NCBI GenBank assembly: GCA_964577555.1
Contig: CAZNZM010000004.1
Span: forward strand, 85,300-117,299
From: an uncultured archaeon
GTDB taxonomy: Archaea; Iainarchaeota; Iainarchaeia; Iainarchaeales; Iainarchaeaceae
DNA length: 32,000 bases
Direction of reading: 5' to 3'
Position numbers and translations under genes: made by a program. Below, piece by piece: positions 26,774 to 32,000 of this stretch. Position 1 is the stretch's first letter. Every line of letters begins with the position of its first letter. The notes beneath the pieces are model-generated. The model made no database searches, was not told where the DNA came from, and saw only the letters and a program-made list of their open reading frames with translations.

Positions 26774-27433
26774 TCAGATGCCACTATTTTCCAATTCAAC
26801 AAGACAATACTTTATGTTTTCCGCCTGCTTTTTCTCCAAAACAGACCCATGCCCAGGATAAAGATATTTAAAATCCAAACAAGACAACTTACGAATACTT
26901 GCAATCAAATCACTCCTATTTCCGCTTGGCAAATCAAACCTGCCAAAAGCACCATTAAACAAAGTATCACCAGAAAACAAAACCCCGCTTTCTTCATCAT
27001 AAAAACAAACACTGCCCTTAGTATGCCCCGGAGTATCAATAACCTTGAAAACAAAATCAACTATTTCAAAAACCTGCCCAGGCTTATAAAAAAAATCTAT
27101 TTCAGGATAAAAATCCTGCATAAAACTCGAAGACACAGTAAAATAATCGGATTTGGCATTAACAAGCAACCCATCATGCAAACTCATCCACTTTTCAGCA
27201 CGAGGAAACAAAACCGCACCACCAATATGATCGGCATGCCCATGAGTAAAAAGAATCTTATGAATATCAATAGGCTTCAAACCCAATTCAGCCAAAGCCT
27301 TTTGAATATTAAAAGAATCAGACACAAGACCTGAATCAATAAGCACATTCTCAGAACCCCGCACAAGATAAATATTAGAGCCTGAAGAACCAAAAGACAA
27401 CAAATAAATAGAACCAAACAAACTCCTCAACAT
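26774..27433 (-). CDS. Metallo-beta-lactamase-fold hydrolase (glyoxalase II-like)
   Basis: 'HGHADHIGGAVLF' (HxHxDH), 'VIDTPGHTKGSVCFYDEESGVLFSGDTLF', 'LYPGHG'. Confidence 0.9.
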   Translation of the reverse strand: MLRSLFGSIYLLSFGSSGSNIYLVRGSENVLIDSGLVSDSFNIQKALAELGLKPIDIHKILFTHGHADHIGGAVLFPRAEKWMSLHDGLLVNAKSDYFTVSSSFMQDFYPEIDFFYKPGQVFEIVDFVFKVIDTPGHTKGSVCFYDEESGVLFSGDTLFNGAFGRFDLPSGNRSDLIASIRKLSCLDFKYLYPGHGSVLEKKQAENIKYCLVELENSGI

Positions 27434-27486
27434 AATACAAATACTAAACGCAATATTTAATTGCTGAACGTATTTTCTTAAAGTAC

Positions 27487-28311
27487 ATGACTCAAGAAAA
27501 CCTAAAAAAAATAATTACAAAAATATCAGAAAAAACAGGAAAAACAACAGAAGAAATAAACGAACTAATAAGAGCAAAAAAAAACAAATTTTCAGGACTA
27601 TTGACAGAATTTGGCGCAGCATTCCTCATAGCCAAAGAACACGGAATAGAACTTGAAAACGAACCAAAAAAAAGCACAAAAATAACAGAATTGAAACCAG
27701 GAATGAACAACATAGACATAATATGCAAAATAAAAATAATATTTCCTGTTAAAGAATTTGAAAAAAACGGAAAAAAAAGAAAATTACAAAACATGATAAT
27801 AGAAGACGATACAGGAGAAACAATAGCCACACTATGGAACGGAGACATAGAAAAACTAAAAAATATAAATGCAACAAAAGGAGAAAAAATAAAAATTACA
27901 AACTGCTACGTCTCAGAATACAACAACAAAACACAAATAAGCCTCAATTACAACAGCACAATTAATAGAGAAGAAAACACAAACACAGAAAAACAATTCA
28001 AAAAACTCAAAGAACTTGAACCAGGCCTGCAAAACATAGACATCAAAGCAGAAATTAGAAAAATATTCGGAATGAGAAACTTTGACACTCCAAAAGCAAA
28101 AGGAAAACTAATAACATTTATACTAGGCGACGAAGAAACCGAAATAAAGGCGACAGCATGGAACGAAAAAGCAGATGAAATAGCAAAAATACTTGAAGAC
28201 GAAACAATCATAATTGAAAACGCATACACAAAACAAGGAATCAACGACAACACAGAAATAAACCTTGGAAAAAACGCCAGAATAATAAGGCTGAAAAAAA
28301 ACCAAAACTAA
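27487..28311 (+). CDS. RPA-like protein with two OB folds
   Basis: N-terminal 'KTGKTTEEINELIRAKKNKFSGLLTEFGAAFLIAKEHGIE', then two OB repeats ('LQNMIIEDDTGETIATLWNGD', 'KLITFILGDEETEIKATAWNEKADE'). Confidence 0.87.
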   Translation: MTQENLKKIITKISEKTGKTTEEINELIRAKKNKFSGLLTEFGAAFLIAKEHGIELENEPKKSTKITELKPGMNNIDIICKIKIIFPVKEFEKNGKKRKLQNMIIEDDTGETIATLWNGDIEKLKNINATKGEKIKITNCYVSEYNNKTQISLNYNSTINREENTNTEKQFKKLKELEPGLQNIDIKAEIRKIFGMRNFDTPKAKGKLITFILGDEETEIKATAWNEKADEIAKILEDETIIIENAYTKQGINDNTEINLGKNARIIRLKKNQN

Positions 28312-28445
28312 AAAAAACACACCGGCAAAGAACTACAAATTAATTTATAAATACATAAAAAAAACAATCAATTAAAGCATAGGGAAAAGGCAAGCTAAAG
28401 CCAAAAAGCGAAGCCAAAAAAAACCTGATGCAGGAGGAATCAAAA

Positions 28446-29399
28446 ATGGCGAAACAAATTAAAGAAATACAAGATCTGCCAGGAATAGGACAACAAGCGG
28501 CAGAAAAACTAATTAATGCAGGATACAAAACACTTGAATCAATTGCAGTAGCATCACCAGCCGAACTAATAGAAATAGCAGGACTAGGTGAAGGAACCGC
28601 AACAAAAGCAATCAACGCGGCAAGAGACGCACTAGAAATGGGATACGAATCAGCTGCAGAAATAGCAGAAAAAAGAAAACATGTTGGAAGACTTACAACA
28701 GGAAGCAAAGAAGTAGACAACCTTTTAGGCGGAGGAATTGAAACACAAAGCATAACAGAAATATACGGAAAATACGCAAGCGGAAAAACACAATGGTGCT
28801 TCCAAACAGCAGTAACAGTACAACTCCCAAAAGAAAAAGGAGGATTAGAAGGAGCATGCCTTTACATTGATTCAGAAAACAGTTTCAGACCAGAAAGAAT
28901 CCAAGCAATTGCAGAAGCACAAGGACTTGACCCAGAAAAAGTACTAAAAAACATTTACGTAGCACGCGCATACAACTCGGACCACCAAATACTATTAGCA
29001 GAAAAAGCTGGAGAAATCATAAAAGAAAAAAACATAAAACTAGTAATAGTTGACTCCTTAACATCCCAATTCAGAGCAGAATTCGTAGGCAGAGGAACAC
29101 TCGCGGAAAGACAACAAAAACTCAACAAACACATGAGAACACTACAAAAACTCGCAGAAATGAACAATATAGTAGTACTAGTAACAAATCAAGTAATGGA
29201 AAGACCAGACATACTGTTTGGGGACCCAACAGCACCAATAGGAGGCAACATAGTAGGACATGCAAGCAAAACAAGATTATATCTAAGAAAAAGCAAAGAA
29301 GACAAAAGAGTAGCAAAACTAGTAGACAGCCCACACCTCCCAGACGGAGAAGCAATCTACAAAGTAACGGAAAAAGGAATAGAAGACGTAGAAGACTAA
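28446..29399 (+). CDS. radA: DNA repair/recombination protein RadA
   Basis: N-terminal HhH 'LPGIGQQAAEKLINAGYKTLESIAV', Walker A 'YGKYASGKTQ', 'SENSFRPERI', 'VIVDSLTSQFRAEFVGRGTLAERQQKLNKHM'. SD AGGAGG precedes ATG 28446. Confidence 0.95.
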   Translation: MAKQIKEIQDLPGIGQQAAEKLINAGYKTLESIAVASPAELIEIAGLGEGTATKAINAARDALEMGYESAAEIAEKRKHVGRLTTGSKEVDNLLGGGIETQSITEIYGKYASGKTQWCFQTAVTVQLPKEKGGLEGACLYIDSENSFRPERIQAIAEAQGLDPEKVLKNIYVARAYNSDHQILLAEKAGEIIKEKNIKLVIVDSLTSQFRAEFVGRGTLAERQQKLNKHMRTLQKLAEMNNIVVLVTNQVMERPDILFGDPTAPIGGNIVGHASKTRLYLRKSKEDKRVAKLVDSPHLPDGEAIYKVTEKGIEDVED

Positions 29400-29540
29400 A
29401 AAAAACAATAAAAACTCTCCAACAAAAAAAACAAGAACGATTTAATAAAAAAAATAAAAACAGGTTTCTATAGAGTAAAAATACAAAAAAAGAAAAAAAC
29501 AAACCAGATTATTTTTTATTAATGACTCGCCCAATACTTT

Positions 29541-29798
29541 TTGAACAACATGAAAAACAATAAAAACACAAAAATAACGATTTATACAACCCCCACATGC
29601 ATATATTGCAAACTTACAAAAGAATTTTTTAAACAAAATGACATAAAATTCAAAGAATACAACGTAGCAAAAGACCTAAAAAAAGCCAAAGAAATGATTG
29701 AAAAATCGGGACAACAAGGAGTTCCGGTAATTGACATAAACGGCAAAATCATCATAGGATTCAACAAAAACGAATTAAAAGAAGCCTTGAATTTATAA
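29541..29798 (+). CDS. Glutaredoxin-like protein (CIYC active site)
   Basis: 'TIYTTPTCIYCKLTKEFF....IEKSGQQGVPVIDINGKIIIGFN'. Confidence 0.88.
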   Translation: MNNMKNNKNTKITIYTTPTCIYCKLTKEFFKQNDIKFKEYNVAKDLKKAKEMIEKSGQQGVPVIDINGKIIIGFNKNELKEALNL

Positions 29799-29808
29799 AG
29801 TGATTTTT

Positions 29809-30726
29809 ATGGAAAAATACGATCTTTTAATAATAGGCTCAGGAATAACAGGGTACTCCGCAGCAATATACGCGGCACGCTTCAAAATGAACACAATAGT
29901 AATAGGAGAACTACCTGGCGGCCTCATAACAACAACCCACCTAGTTGAAAACTGGCCAGGAATAATTTCAATCAGCGGCTTAGAACTAGCAGAAAACCTC
30001 AAAAAACACGCAGAAGCAAACGGAGTGCCTATTATAAACGACAAAGTCATAGACATAAAACAAAAAACAGACTCAACTTTTCAAGTAAAAACTTCAAATG
30101 GACAAGAATTTTCCACAAAAACAATATTATTCGCTACAGGAACTACAAGAAGAAAACTAGGAATCAAAGGCGAAAAAGAATTTGAAAACAAAGGAGTAAG
30201 CTATTGCGCAGTTTGCGACGGAGCACTATTCAAAAACAAAACAGTCGCAGTAATAGGAGGATCTGACAGCGCTGCAAAAGAATCACTTTACCTAGCAGAA
30301 CACGCTTCAAAAGTATATATTATATACAGAGGAGAAAAAATAAGAGCAGAACCAATAAACTACGAAAGAGTAACTCAAAACAAAAAAATTGAAATAATCA
30401 CCAAAAAAAACGTCATTGAAATTTATGGAGACCGAATAGTCCAAGGAGTAAAATTCAAAGAAGGCGGAGAACTAAAACTTGACGGAGTCTTCATAGAAAT
30501 AGGAGCAGACCCAAACAGCGAACTAGCTGCCAAACTCGGAGTCTCACTAAACGAAAAAAAAGAAATCATAATAGACATTGACAGCAAAACAAACATACCT
30601 GGAATTTATGCGGCGGGGGACGTTGCCAACAGACATTTTAAACAAGCAATAACAGGATCTGCTGAAGGAGTAATAGCGGCTTTTTCAGCATACGAATACA
30701 TAAACACGCCAAAAAACAAAAATTAA
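29809..30726 (+). CDS. trxB: Thioredoxin reductase
   Basis: 'DLLIIGSGITGYSAAIYAARF', redox motif 'YCAVCDGALFKNK', 'VAVIGGSDSAAKESLYLAE', 'GIYAAGDVANRHFKQAITGSAEGVIAA'. Track opens at GTG 29800. Confidence 0.94.
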   Translation: MEKYDLLIIGSGITGYSAAIYAARFKMNTIVIGELPGGLITTTHLVENWPGIISISGLELAENLKKHAEANGVPIINDKVIDIKQKTDSTFQVKTSNGQEFSTKTILFATGTTRRKLGIKGEKEFENKGVSYCAVCDGALFKNKTVAVIGGSDSAAKESLYLAEHASKVYIIYRGEKIRAEPINYERVTQNKKIEIITKKNVIEIYGDRIVQGVKFKEGGELKLDGVFIEIGADPNSELAAKLGVSLNEKKEIIIDIDSKTNIPGIYAAGDVANRHFKQAITGSAEGVIAAFSAYEYINTPKNKN

Positions 30727-30734
30727 GTGATATT

Positions 30735-31106
30735 GTGCCATCAATTGCAATAATCGGAGCTTCAAACAACAAAGACAAATTCGGAAACAAATGCGTGAGA
30801 GCATACCTAAGCATTGGCTGGAAAGTCTTCCCAATAAACCCAAAAGAAAAAAACATAGAAGGATTAAAAAGCTATTCATCGATAACCGAATTACCAACAA
30901 AACCAGACAGAGTCTCAATATATCTTCCGCCAAACACAACAATCTCTTTAATACCTGAATTGCTCAAAGCCAAAATAAAAAACATTATACTTAACCCCGG
31001 CGCAGAATCAGAAGAACTCATAAAAGCACTTAACAAAAACGGAATAAAAACAACACTTGCGTGCAGTATAAGACTTGAAGGACTAAACCCAAACGACTTT
31101 CCATAA
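30735..31106 (+). CDS. CoA-binding domain protein (YccU-like)
   Basis: 'IAIIGASNNKDKFGNKCVRAYLSIGWKVFPINPK', 'NIILNPGAESEELI'; GTG start. Confidence 0.8.
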   Translation: MPSIAIIGASNNKDKFGNKCVRAYLSIGWKVFPINPKEKNIEGLKSYSSITELPTKPDRVSIYLPPNTTISLIPELLKAKIKNIILNPGAESEELIKALNKNGIKTTLACSIRLEGLNPNDFP

Positions 31107-31161
31107 ACCAAAAACCACATTTAATAAAAATATTTAGACTTAACCCAACCAAAATCATAAC

Positions 31162-32000
31162 ATGCAAAGATTTTCACTAAATGAAATAACAGAACAGGAA
31201 ATATTCAAAACAATCTCAAAAGCAATAACAGAAACAGAATTTTCAACTTTTACAATAGGAATAACCTCAAAAAACCCTGAATTAAAAAACAGCTTCAGCC
31301 AAAAAATCAAAGAATACATGACAACAACACTTTCTAAAAAATTCACAAACAAAAATTTCGAACTGTACATCCTAATCAACATTGACAAAGGAATTTTAGA
31401 AATAAAAACAACACCAATTTTCATATATGGACACTACAACAAATTCTCCAGAAACATTGCACAAACATTCCACTATTGCTTCAAATGCAAAGGAAAAGGA
31501 TGCAAATACTGTAAAGGCACAGGCAAACTCTCAGAACATTCAGTTCAAGAAATTTTAGAAAAGTATTTTATTCCGGCATTTAAAGCCACAAAATCAAAAT
31601 TTCACGGATGCGGCAGAGAAGACGTGGACGTCAGAATGCTTGGTTCAGGCAGACCATTCATAATAGAACTAATCAACCCAATAAAAAGAAATTTTGACTT
31701 GGCTTTGCTTGAAAAAAAAATAAATTCAAAACACAAAAAAATAATTTCCATATCAAATTTAAGATTTTCCGAGAAAAAAGAAGTTGAGCGCATCAAAAAC
31801 TCAGAATTTGAAAAAATATACTCGGCATTGTGTCATTATGAAGGTAATTTAAAAGAAACAACACTTCATGGGTTAATAGGCAAAGAATACCTAATTTTTC
31901 AAAGAACACCTCAAAGAGTGGAAAAGCGCAGAACTGACAAAGAAAGAATAAAAAAGGCAAAATTACTATCAGCAAAAATAATAGGAAAAAACCTTTTTTC
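31162..32000 (+). CDS. pus10: tRNA pseudouridine synthase Pus10, C-terminus truncated by window edge
   Basis: Manual translation includes 'CFKCKGKGCKYCKGTGKLSEHSVQEIL', 'FHGCGREDVDVRMLGSGRPFIIELINP', 'IYGHYNKFSRNI'. Confidence 0.92.
   Translation, partial: MQRFSLNEITEQEIFKTISKAITETEFSTFTIGITSKNPELKNSFSQKIKEYMTTTLSKKFTNKNFELYILINIDKGILEIKTTPIFIYGHYNKFSRNIAQTFHYCFKCKGKGCKYCKGTGKLSEHSVQEILEKYFIPAFKATKSKFHGCGREDVDVRMLGSGRPFIIELINPIKRNFDLALLEKKINSKHKKIISISNLRFSEKKEVERIKNSEFEKIYSALCHYEGNLKETTLHGLIGKEYLIFQRTPQRVEKRRTDKERIKKAKLLSAKIIGKNLF

Noticed and set aside
26224-27334. Plus-strand ORFs 26224..26604, 26647..26871 and 26708..27334
   Set aside because: They lie antisense to the well-supported GGGP synthase and MBL-fold hydrolase genes and have no recognisable domains.
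1-32000. Mobile element, integrase, toxin-antitoxin or defence island
   Set aside because: No transposase, integrase, phage, restriction or TA-like motifs were seen; the three tRNA genes are not flanked by attachment-site-like duplications that I can detect.

Overview
The window is a compact, AT-rich archaeal chromosomal segment, euryarchaeal- or DPANN-like; the exact lineage cannot be assigned from sequence alone. It carries mostly informational genes: NurA and HerA with a tiny zinc ribbon between them, an AlaX-type alanyl-tRNA editing protein broken by one in-frame TGA, Pth2, a YlqF-like GTPase, Hjc, a DUF167 protein, DnaG, Tmk, an RNase P Rpr2/Rpp21-type subunit, and a ribosomal-protein run (S19e, PDCD5, L39e, L31e, aIF6, L18a/LX, prefoldin alpha, FtsY). 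It also has two OB-fold ssDNA-binding proteins, a TRAM protein, SRP54, a prepilin peptidase, RibD, an epimerase, GGGP synthase, an MBL-fold hydrolase, RadA, a glutaredoxin-like protein with a thioredoxin reductase, a CoA-binding protein and partial Pus10. Three tRNA genes are present (Val-TAC, Gly-GCC, Gly-TCC). I see no CRISPR array, no transposon and no evident defence system. Observations most worth follow-up: (1) a TGA exactly at the conserved Trp position of alaX; (2) a run of three hairpins forming nearly the whole leader of the S19e operon; (3) near-identical A-tract-rich intergenic islands about 17.6 kb apart, with related islands elsewhere; (4) very strong plus-strand A+C bias that changes protein composition according to coding strand; (5) a 37-aa zinc ribbon between nurA and herA.
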